Assembly (NCBI RefSeq): GCF_009914755.1
Contig: NC_060926.1
Length of the DNA: 64,000 bases
Strand: one strand, 5' to 3'
Origin: the human T2T-CHM13v2.0 reference genome, Homo sapiens
Translations under genes and position numbers: made by a program
The notes under the pieces: model-generated
What the model saw: the letters and a program-made list of their open reading frames with translations, nothing else
Database searches by the model: none
Told to the model about the DNA's origin: nothing
Shown here: one piece after another, positions 37,012-64,000 of the stretch
Position numbering within the stretch: position 1 is the stretch's first letter
How the letters are laid out: every line of letters begins with the position of its first letter

Positions 37012-38104
37012 AAACCACTAAACTGCCTCAAAGCTTCATTAACCTTAGACTCTTGTTAAGAGTAATAGGAAAGTAGTGTATTTTTCCATTTTAAAGAATT
37101 CATTTTATAATTAATCTTGAAATACATTTCTAAGGTCCCAAGCTGCTGAAATAGTGAGCTGATTGCATCCTTAAGCGAATGAGCTCAGATAAAAGTGATT
37201 TAATTCAAGAACCATTTCTGCTTTGTCTCTGTGACTTTTTTCCCCTTCATTTCTCTGTTATTACTGTTTTAATGTGGGTCTTTATGCAGTTGTAGTTGTG
37301 GACATGATCAGCACATTCTTGGGCTGAAGCCCAGGGCTGTGTAAGCCGTGCCTGCATATCTTCATGCACGTTTTAAATAACCTGCAAGAGCTATTTCCTC
37401 CCCTGATCTTACAGACCACACGAATATAGTCCCTTTCTGTGCATCAGAAGATAAACTAGTTTATAGGAAGAAAATCCTAGAGAAGTAACTGAAACACAGA
37501 AAGAACATCCTCAAAAGCAGAGGATTGTGAACAACTAAATTTTCAGACAATGGAAGTAAAAATTATTAGTGTGAAGTACCTTTGGAGGCCATGTTATCTA
37601 CATTACAGGAAGGGCTTCATCTGTTGTGCTCACCATGGTCCTCACGGTTGAGAACAGCATGCCAGGCACACAGTAAATGTTCATTAAATATTTTCTGGAC
37701 GAATCAATGAGTGGCCAAAATCCAAGTCCCACTCATTTCTCAGATAGTCTATCCTGAAACTTTTTGCTACTGTCTCAGCTCTTCACAATGATAAAGCTAC
37801 ATTCTCACTCTCCACTGCTGTCCTTTCTCCAAATGTTACTGTTAATCACTATCATTGGGAACTGACATGGCACCACTAACACAACACAGCAGGACACAAT
37901 TCTAGTCTGGTCGATTTGGAATGTAGATGATGCCTTTCCATTGTGTTACTGGCCACAATTGTTTCTAAAAATCTAAGTTCATGCTACAGAAAGAGCAAAC
38001 TATTTAAGTAGTATTGGCCTAAAAGCTAAGTCAACTTGATCAACATATTTACCTGCCCATGCTGTAGTTTCCTCATCTGAAATCAGAAAAAAACAGAGCC
38101 TACT

Positions 38105-41334
<3,230 letters not shown>

Positions 41335-43509
41335 CAATATTTTTATTATTTACTACTGACCCATGCATAACACTTTACAAAACACATAACACTTTACAAA
41401 ACAATTTTTATTCACCCCTATTTGTGTATGTCATGAGAATCCTTGTGACAGTAACTGGACTTGGTCATGCAAAGAAAGACTTGCATAATAGAATATCCAG
41501 GAGACTCTCAAAAATGAAGTATAATATGGAAAATAATATGCTTTAAATTGACCAAAAGCTTGATTTTCTTTTCTCTCTCTCCTTTTTTTTCACCCAGTTT
41601 CAGGGATAGTCAGGAAATAATTAACATTCCTACACCTCCCTCCAGTTGACCTGAGAGGTGAGGATGCTCTCCCATCCCCATGCTTCCTCACATCTCAGGC
41701 CAACTGATCTCTGAAAATGGTTTCCAAACATTGAGAACTCACCTCAAACCAGGACTCAAAAATTCTCATCAATTTTGATTTTTAAAAAATCTATACTGTA
41801 GGTCATTAAAATGACCACTTTCAGGACAATTAGTTCTAGAAGGACGCATTATAAGGTGATTTCTTGTTATCCTTCCTTGAAACAGATAGCTGCATTTTGT
41901 CAAAAATAAATTCAGATCCCAAGGGGGCCTAAGTTTAGTTCAAACCATCAGAAAGGAGGCGACTCAAGCTGTGTTTACAATCTGGCAGTTTACTTCCTTC
42001 GTATGTAGCTAGCAGTGGGCAAGCCTTGCACATCGGATTTTAAGGTTAACAGTAAGAAGCATTTTCTAATCTCACTGAGAATTTAAGGAAATAAAACCCT
42101 TTTCTTCAACTTATTCATTCTTTTCTTCCTATGGCAAACACTCCACAGTATTTTTAGTAAAGAAATGTGAACTAGTCAGTGTCTAAAAAAAAAAAAATCA
42201 GTAATTTGATAACGTTCTGAGACATAGGCTCTCTTTTTTCTAGAATCTTGTATTCTTTTAGGTGACTCTTTGAGGAAGGAGGTCAAAATATTGAGTGTGA
42301 GCAATTTAAATAGGAGACATTGAGTAATTTAAAAATGAGACATTCAGTACAAGACTCATTCATTTAAATTACATGAAAATCCAAGGTAGACTGTGTGTAA
42401 TTAGGGGCTGTGTAAGTCCTCAGACAATTTCAGTGGGGGTTAGGAGATTGCTTTAATAGACTATGACAAGTTTCCTTTTGTTTTTCATAAAATAATTGTA
42501 TTCCCCCTTGAAATGTAACAAATCCTTAATGAAATCACAGCCTCTTTCTTGTTAGGGAGTACTTTTTATGTTTTGAGAGATCAACAATGTCAAAACAATT
42601 ACTTCAAATTAATGATGGATGAACCTCAAAAGATTCAGAGGTTGATTACGTCAAAGATATGAAGCCTCACATGAACCTCCGTGAAGCCTGTGGTCAAAAT
42701 CTCACCTGATACGGTGCTCCCATGAGAGGCATAAGGGCGGAAAGCAACACAGCATTGGATAGGGAAAAATACTGGGCAGAGAGTAAGTCTGATTTTTACT
42801 GGTTCTGTTATCCACTTCCTGGATTACCCCAAGCAAATAACTAAGAGTCTCTGGACTTACTCTTCTAGTTGGATTTCTTTTATTTTTTGCTTATTTGTTG
42901 AGGGGTTGCTTATTTGTAATGTGAAATAAGTAATTTTCTGTGACATTGCTGTGATAAGTAATTTTCTTTTGACTTTTTGGACCAAAAAGGGTATTTTTAT
43001 GGTTTATACATATAAAGTAAAACCCATCGGTGGATTAGTTTCTGCTAAGCTAGAAACACATTTTCACTTGGTCCTCAGATAGTGAAATTATAAGTAAGTT
43101 CTGGTCAGGTTTGCAAGCAAAATCATGGTGGTAACTGTGCATATTATAGCCAATGCCACACATATTCCTCTGATTCATTAATAACTAAGAGAATGGAGGA
43201 AAGAAGGAGCAAACCAAAAATTTGCTTTATAAATAAGTCATGCCAAACCAGTCTCCTTTCTTTGTGTTAATATGTGGATAATCAGTGTTGTCAATACAGA
43301 ATCTTTGCAAAGTGGATATCTTAATTTCAAACACAAAATTCAATAGCTTGTACTATTATGGACTAGATAAATAAATTCAGGCAGGATGATAATGTAAACC
43401 AAAAGTGCTCTGTAATTGTTCCAGTCTTGTTTGGCTTTTTATTTTCTCTGTGGTTAGGTTGAAGTCATAAAAGATGTACCTATCAAACCTTTAAAGAACA
43501 AAAAAAGAC

Positions 43510-44410
43510 TGTAAGGGATACTTGCTATGTTGGACGACATCATCAAGATTCAAGGAACTTAATAGGATGGAGGATATGCTAAAATAAATCAGATGAATTT
43601 AAACAGGGATAGAGTCCCATCATTTAGGTTCTAATACATAAAACATACACACTGCACATACGTATATAAGAGAGAAGGGACGTTGGTTTTTAGTAGTTCT
43701 GGCCCTGGTCATATATGACTAAAAGTTCTGAATGAACTACCAGTGTAGCATGGCTGCCAAAAATATAAATGCAATGGCAACTAACACATGGACTCGTGTG
43801 TCAGGCACTTTTCTAAATTACTCATGAGCATGATTTTATTTATTCCTGTTATCATTGTTTTATAGATTAATAAACTGAAGTAGAGAAAGCGTAGGTAACT
43901 TCTCCCGAGGCAGAGTCAGGATGACGACGGCAGTGCCTGTCCCCAGAGCCCACTCTTGGAATTTCTGCTTATACAGGCCTTTCAGCTCCGGGAGAGTTCC
44001 TGCCCACTGTTCTCTGAGCTGGAATCTGGCTCTCTGTTCCCTGTACTTTTTAAGATGGACAGGGAAAGAAGACACCATAAACATCAAGAGGCAAAGCTGT
44101 AGGAAACAGAGATGCTTGCCTGGAGGGGAAAAGCTTGGGGAAGTCACAAGAGGTGTTATCAGATATCTAGACTAGAACTTGTCAAGGAAAACGTTCCACT
44201 TCTTTATGTATTCCCATAGGGAATGGAAGTCACAGGGAGGCAAAATTTAACCCAATATATGTTCTCACCACATAAATGATCCCAACTAGCATGTGCTGCC
44301 ATGTGAGATAGTGAGCATCTCATCTGTGGAAATTGTCAAGAGGAAGCCAGATCAAGGAGCAGTGCCAAGCAGCACTGGGGGCAACCAGAGAGCTCCTAGG
44401 GAGCCTTCCG
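43510..44410 (+). mobile_element. L3/CR1 LINE fragments interrupted by an antisense MIR (~43775-43965)
   Basis: CR1-like 'cagatgaatttaaacagggata', 'cagtgtagcatggctgccaaaaa', 'tgccatgtgagatagtgagc...tcaagaggaagccagat'. Confidence 0.65.
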
Positions 44411-44669
44411 AGATGCAAAGGTTTGGATGATCAAGGAAAAGCTTGAAGTAGAAAGACTGTCTTTGTGAACTACTTCACTCCCTCCACTCAACAAACACAC
44501 ACACATACAAACTTTCCTCTGTCTCCATCTGTATCCTTACATGGTAACAATTGCACTGGGTTTGCAGCTAATAGATCTGAATTCTTACTAACATTTTACT
44601 CAAACACCTCTGCCCCCTTAATTTCTCTACCTGTGAATAAGAAAAAGGGGAGGAATTTGAAAAGATGGA

Positions 44670-44725
44670 TAGAAGGAAGATGGAAGAAGGAAGGAGGGAA
44701 GGAGGGAAGGAAGGAAGGAAGGAGG
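44670..44725. repeat. (GGAA)n simple repeat
   Basis: Seen directly. Confidence 0.9.
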
Positions 44726-45157
44726 GAAGGAAGGAAGGAAGGAGAATGTAAGAAAAATAGATCTGGTCATGCTTCTCTCTTCATACTTCTCAAGACTTTT
44801 GTGAGACCACAGTGATATAATAGATTAGTAAGAGTTTTGAGGAAGAGAAATAGACATTTGAAGCACTGTGTAAATTCACACTACTGAAGGATTTTTTGTG
44901 TGCAGCAGTTTGGCTCCATGCCCTGTGTGACTCCTAGGTCATGGGTTTGTTCCATATGAATGGGTTAATTACATCCTGTCCTCTGACCACATGCTCTGTG
45001 CCCAAGTCAAACTTGGCATCTGGTGAATGGCTGTTCTGTGCCAGGGACTGTGGGAAAGAGTGAGAAGAACTCAGTACAAAGCTGTCTCCACCAACAAGAA
45101 ACAGGTCAAAATGAAATTTTTAATCACCGTGCATAGTGGCATCATCTCAGTACATAA

Positions 45158-46830
45158 AGGACTGCTCTTTTAATAATGGAAAACTTTTCTGCAAGTGGGG
45201 AGATTTTACATTTAGATGAAATACATTAAAATGAAAAATATATACATATGCATACACGTGTGTGTGTGTTATACAAAAATCTCGATGTAGAAATTTAAAA
45301 AAATAGATACCAAGGCCCATTACTCAGTTTTTAATGTATTCCCAGACAATGAAATATATGAACCTTTATTACTGGTCATCAATATCTAGAATCTACCTTT
45401 TTTACTCACCAACTTTAAAATAAAGCTATAGAAATCATAGGCGATTATACAATAAAACAACACAAGTCTTCTAAACAATTTTAAAATTCAATTTTAAACT
45501 TAACTAATCAAATGCTACTATTTACACATCTGGAATGAAAACATAAACCAGTTCATTATAAACATAATAACCTCAAGGAGTTGGATATTATATCTATAAG
45601 TAAGATAACAGATGTGGTATAAATGTAGAAACATGAAGTGGGGTGCTTTATTTTTCAATTTCCCTAGATTTACATTAAGGAAGTACAAACCTTGAAATCA
45701 CAACTGTAATATAGAAGTTAAAAAGTATTCAATTCTTTAGCTAAGAATTGGCTTGGGTGGAAAAGCCTTACATATATCTCAAAAGGGCAAACTAAAGAGA
45801 AATAATATATTAACTAGAGTTGGGGTACAAATATCAAGAATAACAAAACATATTGAAAGAATTAATTAAATTGACAAAACCTCAATTAAAATGGGAGTTT
45901 TTCATCTTGAAATCTTCTTATGCTGCAGATTACACCGATTTTTAAAGATAGCTTAAATATTATTCTAGAAATATTTTGTATTTCCTCTGCAATTACTTGG
46001 AAAGTTATGAATATTTAGAACAAAGGGCTAAATACCCTAGTTTACAACTGCAATGGGAAGCCTTTTGGGGCTGTGGGGGAAATGGCTAGCAGTCCACCAA
46101 CAGTTTCCCTTCTTTTCTTCCTGAGCATGGAGCTAGGTTACATTTCTCAGCTTCTCTTGCAAATAGATGTGGCCATGTGACCAGACTGACACCAATGAGC
46201 AGAGCTGATGAGAGCAATTTTCAAATCACATGCTTAAGAGGGCATTCTTGGCTCTGGACTTCTGCTCCTCACCCTTCTTCAAAGCTCCTAACTTCCTTCC
46301 AGTGACCAGAATTGGGAAACTCTGTGCAGAACTACCTGATGCAGATGGCAGGGCTACTGTCAGTCAAGTCCCTGATGAAGTGGACAGATCTGCCCCATCC
46401 ACCTGAATCTCTCACCTTGGAACTATTATGTATGAGAGAAATAAACATTTTTTGTTTTTTAAGCTATCTTAGTATTAGGTCTCTTGCTATAGCAGCTTAG
46501 CATTTTGGAAAACTCAACATAAACTTTTCCAAAAGAAATTTACCTAATTAATCTACAAGTTTTCAGAATTATTTTCATTATTTTCATGCACACAAAAATG
46601 TTGGGCTTTGGGGAGAGACTTGAATTAAATATTTCTACGAAATTTACTTTCATTGAAAAGGAACATATAAAATGATATGTTTCTATAATAACTCTAAAAG
46701 TTAACTAGATTCTTTATCTTAGGTTTTTGTTGTATTTTTATTATGTTCATTTCATTTAATCATAAGACTGTGAGCTTTTATAAAAGCAGAGTAAATTATC
46801 TGAGTTCTGAGAATTTGAATGAGAACTCTT
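45158..46830 (+). repeat. Direct duplication copy 1 (1673 bp; includes an MLT1-like LTR at ~46075-46500)
   Basis: Aligns end to end with 51580-53255; about 30 substitutions and 3 small indels by manual count. Confidence 0.97.
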
Positions 46831-47068
46831 TTTTTACAAAATACCATTTTTATTATTGAATGACTTATTACCATATCTGGCAGCCCTAGGTTTTAAGAAG
46901 AAAAACGTAGTTCACTACAAAAAATAATAACAATATTAAATAAGAGGCTAAGATTTCAACAGCAATAGACAGAATTCCATAATATAAGAAGACACATAGT
47001 TGAAAAATTGTACATTCTAAAATTATGACTAGAAACTTAACAATGTCAAATGTCTATATTTTACATTC
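46831..47068 (-). other. Putative L1 3' transduction (~240 bp) with its own AATAAA and short poly(A)
   Basis: Lies between the L1 poly(A) (T-run from 47069) and the duplication boundary; absent after copy 2; tttatt at 46849-46854, T-run 46829-46835. Confidence 0.75.
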
Positions 47069-51579
<4,511 letters not shown>

Positions 51580-53255
51580 AGGACTGCTCTTTTAATAATG
51601 GAAAACTTTTCTGCAAGTGGGGAGATTTTACATTTAGATGAAATATATTAAAATGAAAAATATATACATATACATACACGTGTGTGTGTGTGTTATACAA
51701 AAATCTCAAGATGTAGAAATAAAAAGAAATAGATACCAAGGCCCATTACTCAGTTTATAATGCATTCCCAGACAATGAAATATATGAACCTTTATTACTG
51801 GTCATCAATATCTAGAATCTACCTTTTTTACTCACCAACTTTAAAATAAAGCTATAGAAATCATAGGCGATTATACAATAAAACAACACAAGTCTTCTAA
51901 ACAATTTTAAAATTCAATTTTAAACTTAACTAATCAAATGCTACTATTTACACATCTGGAATGAAAACATAAACCAGTTCATTATAAACATAATAACCTC
52001 AAGGAGTTGGATATTATATCTATAAGTAAGATAACAGATGTGGTATAAATGTAGAAACTGGAAGTGGGGTGCTTTATTTTTCAATTTCCCTAGATTTACA
52101 TTAAGGAAGTACAAACCTTGAAATCATAACTGTAATATAGAAGTTAAAAAGTATTCAATTCTTTAGCTAAGAATTGGCTTGGGTGGAAAAGCCTTACATA
52201 TATCTCAAAAGGGCAAACTAAAGAGAAATAATATATTAACTAGAGTTGGGGTACAAATATCAAGAATAACAAAACATATTGAAAGAATTAATTAAATTGA
52301 CAAAACCTCAATTAAAATGGGAGTTTTTCATCTTGAAATCTTCTCATGCTGCAGATTACACCGATTTTTAAAGATAGCTTGAATATTATTCTAGAAATAT
52401 TTTGTATTTCCTCTGCAATTACTTGGAAAGTTATGAATATTTAGAACAAAGGGCTAAATACCCTAGTTTACACCTGCAATGGGAAGCTTTTTGGGGCTGT
52501 GGGGGAAATGGCTAGCAGTCCACCAACAGTTTCCCTTCTTTTCTTCCTGAGCATGGAGCTAGGTTACATTTCTCAGCTTCTCTTGCAACTAGATGTGGCC
52601 ATGTGACCAGACTGACACCAATGAGCAGAGCTGATGAGAGCAATTTTCAAAACACACGCTTAAGAGGGCATTCTTGGCTCTGGACTTCTGCTCCTCACCC
52701 TTCTTCAAATCTCCTAACTTCCTTCCAGTGACCAGAATTGGGAAACTCTGTGCAGAACTACCTGATGCAGATGGCAGGGCTACCGTCAGTCAAGTCCCTG
52801 ATGAAGTGGACAGATCTGCCCCATCCACCTGAATCTCTCACCTTGGAACTATTATGTATGAGAGAAATAAACATTTTTGTTTTTTAAGCTATCTTAGTAT
52901 TAGGTCTCTTGCTATAGCAGCTTAGCATTTTGGAAAACTCAACATAAACTTTTCCAAAAGAAATTTACCTAATTAACCTACAAGTTTTCAGAATTATTTT
53001 CATTATTTTCATGCACACAAACATGTTGGGCTTCGGGGAGAGACTTGAATTAAATATTTTCACAAAATTTACTTTCATTGAAAAAGAACATATAAAATGA
53101 TATGTTTCTATAATAACTCTAAAAGTTAACTAGATTCTTTATCTTAGATTTTTGTTGTATTTTTATTATGTTCATTTCATTTAATCATAAGACTGTGAGC
53201 TTTTATAAAAGCAGAGTAAATTATCTGAGTTCTGAGAATTTGAATGAGAACTCTT
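51580..53255 (+). repeat. Direct duplication copy 2 (1676 bp; includes an MLT1-like LTR at ~52497-52925)
   Basis: Begins at the base after the L1 5' end; matches 45158-46830. Confidence 0.97.
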
Positions 53256-53362
53256 ATCACAGAAATGCTGTCATGAACATGGAAAAAATTCCTGCATTTT
53301 CCTAAGTTATTTTTATATCCAAATTGATTTAACAGGTATCTAGAAAAAAAAAATGCAGCTTA

Positions 53363-53881
53363 CTGAGAAAAAAAAAAAAAAGAGTTTACGTAGTAAGCCT
53401 GAGACTGTTATTCTTAGAAGACCTGTTTGCAAGTTGGGTCCTTAGCTCTTACCTGGCAAATAGAATTTCAGGGGGCTTCCTACGAGTCCTAACTAATGAT
53501 TGTCTCACTGCGCCTAAACTACTTATAAAGTAATGTGGTTTATGCTAATATCTGCTTTCCATCCGGGAGTGTGGAATCTTAATATATGCTATGCAGAGGG
53601 TGCCTACTGACCAGCCCCCAGTCAAATCCTTGGGCATTGAGTCTTTACTAGGTTTTCCTGATAGACATTTCACACATGGCATCACAAGTTGATGCTGGAG
53701 GAATTACAGGGACAGGACTCTTGGAAGCTTGAACTTGGTTTCTTTTGGACTTTGCCCCATGTACATTTTCCCTGTGCTGATTTTGTTTTGTATTTTTTCA
53801 ATGTAATAAATCATATGTTGAGTCCTGTGACTTCTCCTAGTGAATCACCAAACCTAGAGGCAGTCTTGACAACCCCTTACA
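53363..53881 (+). mobile_element. MER68-like ERVL solo LTR
   Basis: 'aagcctgagactgttattcttagaagacctgtttgcaag...ctcactgcgcctaaact...gcagagggtgccta...accagccccca'; AATAAA near 53805; ends '...aaccccttaca'. Confidence 0.8.
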
Positions 53882-54109
53882 TTCTTATCGAATAGGATTT
53901 GGAGTAGTAATAGCTCATAGCGAACTAAGAGAAATGGAACTAAACCATCTTGGAAAGCTGGGCACAAGGTATAAAATTATTGGGTATCAGAAAGAATTTA
54001 TTAGGCATAAAGTTTTTCAAAAGGAATAAAACATTCCAAGATGGAGAGTGCTATCACAAAATAATACCATTAGATATTTATATGGGACCTCCAGTGTCCT
54101 CGATCTCAA

Positions 54110-54250
54110 TAGTGCTCTGAGGTGGGCAGGTCATGAGTTACCTTCATCTCCATTTCCAGAGCAAGGGGCTTAGACGCAGACTTGCCCAAGGCCATACAGC
54201 CAAGGTGTGTAGAGCAGATAAGAGACGCAGGACTTTTGAAGCCTAATCAC
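54110..54250 (-). mobile_element. MIR fragment
   Basis: 'tctccatttccagag...gacttgcccaaggccatacagc'. Confidence 0.6.
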
Positions 54251-54529
54251 CTTCTAGTTCTCCCAGCCAGCTTTTGCAACCCGTTTCTGAGAGCCCAGAA
54301 GCCTGAGGAGGTGCCTCAGAGGTCACCAGTACGAGGCAATGGAGCATCCAGGTGGAAAGCCTCCAAGTGGCTCCGCAATTACCCGCTTTATATATAGGAA
54401 TTCTGCTTACGTTTGTGTAAAGACAAGAATTCCAGTTTTTTTGGTTTGAATACCGTTGAATTATATACTTTGGTTCTTTGTAAGTAAAAATCTAAAATGC
54501 TACAAATTCAGGTTTTTAAGTTTTTTACT

Positions 54530-54757
54530 TTTTTTCTTTTTAAAAAAGCTTTTACTTTAGGTTCAGGGTACATGTGCGGGTTTGTTATACAGGTAAACTC
54601 ATGTCACAGGGCTTGCTGCACAGATTGTTTTGTCACCCTAAGGTGACAAAGCCTAGTAGTACCGAATAGTTACCTTTTCTGCTCCTCTCCCTCCTCCCAC
54701 CCTCCAATCTCAGGTAGGCCCCAGTGTCTGTTGTTTCCTCCTTTGCGTCCATGAGTA
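54530..54757 (-). mobile_element. Short L1 3'UTR fragment (L1PA13-16-like)
   Basis: 'ttaggttcagggtacatgtgcgggtttgttatacaggtaaactcatgtcac...ccctcctcccaccctcc...gtaggccccagtgtctgttgtt'. Confidence 0.85.
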
Positions 54758-55129
54758 TCCCACCCACAGGGTGGCTCACAGATTTTAGCAAATAACTCTA
54801 AGGTGGATTCTTGCTAAATCAATAGGAATTATGCATGGGCACATTTTTTTCTGTTCTTTACAGCATTCACCTAGTTAGTTCCTTTGCTACGTCCTGCATC
54901 TGAAACTCCTCTCTGGATTCCTCATTGTTCTCCTCTCTGACCCCCTTGTTGCTTCTGTTTCTTTCATACACACTAAATCTAAACCTGAAATAGCTACAAG
55001 ATCTGCCCTGATTACATTGTACGTAGGTCACTAAAGGATCAAGGAAGATTAGCTATAACAAATTTACTCTCAGCTCTCAGCCTTCGACTGACTCTGTTTA
55101 TCAGTCATCATTCCTACCGAATCTATTGA

Positions 55130-55290
55130 CCGATATAGAGAACATAGACCTTGGAGCCACAGAGACCTGGAATTCAATTCTTAATTTTACCACTCTCTTG
55201 CTCTGTGACCTTAGGCAAGTCAATTAACCTTTATAAGACTGAATATATCTGCAATGTGGCAATAACAACACCTACCTTGATGAGGCTGAA
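55130..55290 (+). mobile_element. MIR SINE
   Basis: 'ttggagccacagagacctgg...gctctgtgaccttaggcaagtcaattaacct'. Confidence 0.75.
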
Positions 55291-55509
55291 ATTCCAGAAC
55301 AGCATCATTTCAAGTTCATGATTATTTAATAGCCCTTATACCAACTACTCATACTAGAAACCCACAGGAGTCACTGCTATATTTACTTAGCCCTAACCAA
55401 AACTGTAATGTAGTCAAGCCTTCCCTGGCTTTGGATATTTTTCCTAGAAGCCTAGAAAAAACAACAACAATAATAACAACAACAACAACCACAAAAACCA
55501 CTGTGATTA

Positions 55510-61968
<6,459 letters not shown>

Positions 61969-63274
61969 TGGCATTGTTAAAATCATTTAATTAAAAACCT
62001 AAAGCCAAACAAACATACAAACAAACAAAAACACTTTAAGTGTTTAAGTTGCTTTTTTTACTATACTCACCAGGGAAAGGGAAAGATTGAGCCTCTTAAT
62101 GCATGCAGAATGCTGAGAGTGCCAGGGCTGGGCTGAGAAATTTTTAGGGTAAAGCTATTAATCAGAAAAGAAATGAGAGGTAAGACAATGACTCACAACA
62201 CATCAGAGCCGTTGGCTGCTCCCAGTGAGTACTAAACTCATTTAGGCAGCTAAAGCCAGTGGAAAAAGGGAAGCACTGAGGTTAGATCATCAAGAAGAGA
62301 GAAGAGAAGGATGATCTTTTCTCTTTTAGATTCCGATAAACAAAGACAAAACCTACAGATGCAAGTTTTAGGTTGAAGCTTGAAGAGAAGGCATCAAATG
62401 GTGCCCACATGTCACATTTCTTTACATCATGCTCCACATGTCAATCTTTCTAAATATGAAATATAAAGGTAGGTGATAAGCATTTAATTAAATATTTATG
62501 TTGTAATAGAGGCTTTAAAGAAACTGAATACTCAAATATAAAAATGTGAATTTTATTTGGTCTCCAATGTAGTATCTATGAGGTCCAAACCAACCTATGC
62601 AACTTACTTGCTCATTTAACCTTAATTGAATGGTATCAGACATCATGGTACACTTTATCCCAGTTTGAACACCATTATAACAGCTTATCTCTAAATCCAC
62701 TAGATCAATAACTTGCCTACCCAACAAATGGCAAGAACTACAAATATTTCCCCAAAGGGAGATTGTTTACTGTAATTCCTGTAACTTGTCTGTGCTCTGC
62801 CTTCTCTCTGCTCATCTTACAATCCTTCCGTCCGCACTCTGCTCACCAACTCAATACCATTTGTTCTACCAGCCAAAGTGTGGCTCGGGCCATTTAAATA
62901 TGCTTGATATGAAATGACTCTTGTCTACTGCTCTCCTACCCCACTGGTTACTTTATTCACTGTTACCGATGTCTAGAATTCCTCACCATTTCATCTATTT
63001 TCAGGAAAGATTGTCCTTTATTACCTGATGTCCAGATATTGAAACCAATGTATATCATATATTTTACTGTTTTCTTTGTTGTTATTGTTTCAAGTGGCAG
63101 GGTAAGTCTGGTAGCCATTACTTCATCTTGGAGAGAAGCAGTAGTCTCAAATTTATAAAATTTAACGGAAAAATCGGAAAATAAAAGATTATGTTTATGA
63201 ATTACCTTTAGGAATATAAATTATAATTAGAGTCCTTATGTTCAAAAAGTTAAGTAGAGATATGGAAGATATAT

Positions 63275-63450
63275 ATGTGTATATATACGTATATATACAT
63301 ATATACGTATATATACACACACATATATATACGTATATATATACATATATATGTGTATATATATACGTATATATATGTGTGTATATATATGCGTATATAT
63401 ATGTGCATATATATGCGCATATATATGCGCATATATATGCGTATATATAT
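63275..63450. repeat. Complex (TA)n/(TATG)n/(TACG)n microsatellite in the Alu tail position
   Basis: Seen directly, inside the Alu TSDs. Confidence 0.93.
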
Positions 63451-63738
<288 letters not shown>

Positions 63739-63809
63739 GGAAGATATATTTTTTAAATACCCAAATGGAGCTTCCACAGAAGAAAAATACAATGTCTGAA
63801 ATAAAAATA

Positions 63810-64000
63810 GGGGGGTGGTTCCAAAACGGCAGAATAGGAACAGCTCCAGTCTACAGCTCCAAGCATGAGCGACGCAGAAGATGGATGATTTCTGCATTTC
63901 CAACGGAGCTTGGAAGACAGTAGTGGTTCTCCCAGCACACAGCTTGAGATCTGAGAATGGACAGACTGCTTCCTCAAGTGGATCCCTGACCCCAAAGTAG
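63810..64000 (+). mobile_element. 5' end of an L1 (L1PA4-6-like) with a spliced 5'UTR (SpIRE 97/622 type); continues beyond the window
   Basis: '...ctgcatttccaacggag' joined directly to 'cttggaagacagtagtggttctcccagcac' at 63908/63909. Confidence 0.88.

Overview
Primate (hominoid-like, probably human) genomic DNA that is repeat-rich and intergenic or deep intronic. I cannot support any host protein-coding exon or RNA gene; almost every long ORF in the track is LINE-1 derived or a microsatellite artefact. Contents: two full-length degenerate L1PA7-like elements on + (14.7-21.5 kb, carrying a nested AluY, and 55.5-62.0 kb); two young L1PA2-like elements on - (38.2-41.3 kb and 47.1-51.6 kb); older L1PB/L1PA13-16/L1M pieces; Alus, MIR, L2, L3/CR1, MLT1/MER68 LTRs and MER5/MER44A DNA transposons. 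The most unusual structure is at 45.2-53.3 kb: an internally deleted L1PA2-like element with a ~240 bp 3' transduction, flanked exactly by a ~1.67 kb, ~98% identical direct duplication that looks like a giant target-site duplication. A second L1 about 6 kb away appears to share its private variants, is truncated at both ends and has its own TSD. The window ends in a spliced L1 5'UTR (SpIRE 97/622 type). These are unusual retrotransposition and repair products; I see no evidence of a new gene system. Subfamily calls and consensus comparisons are from memory and need RepeatMasker/Dfam confirmation. Old-repeat boundaries are approximate.
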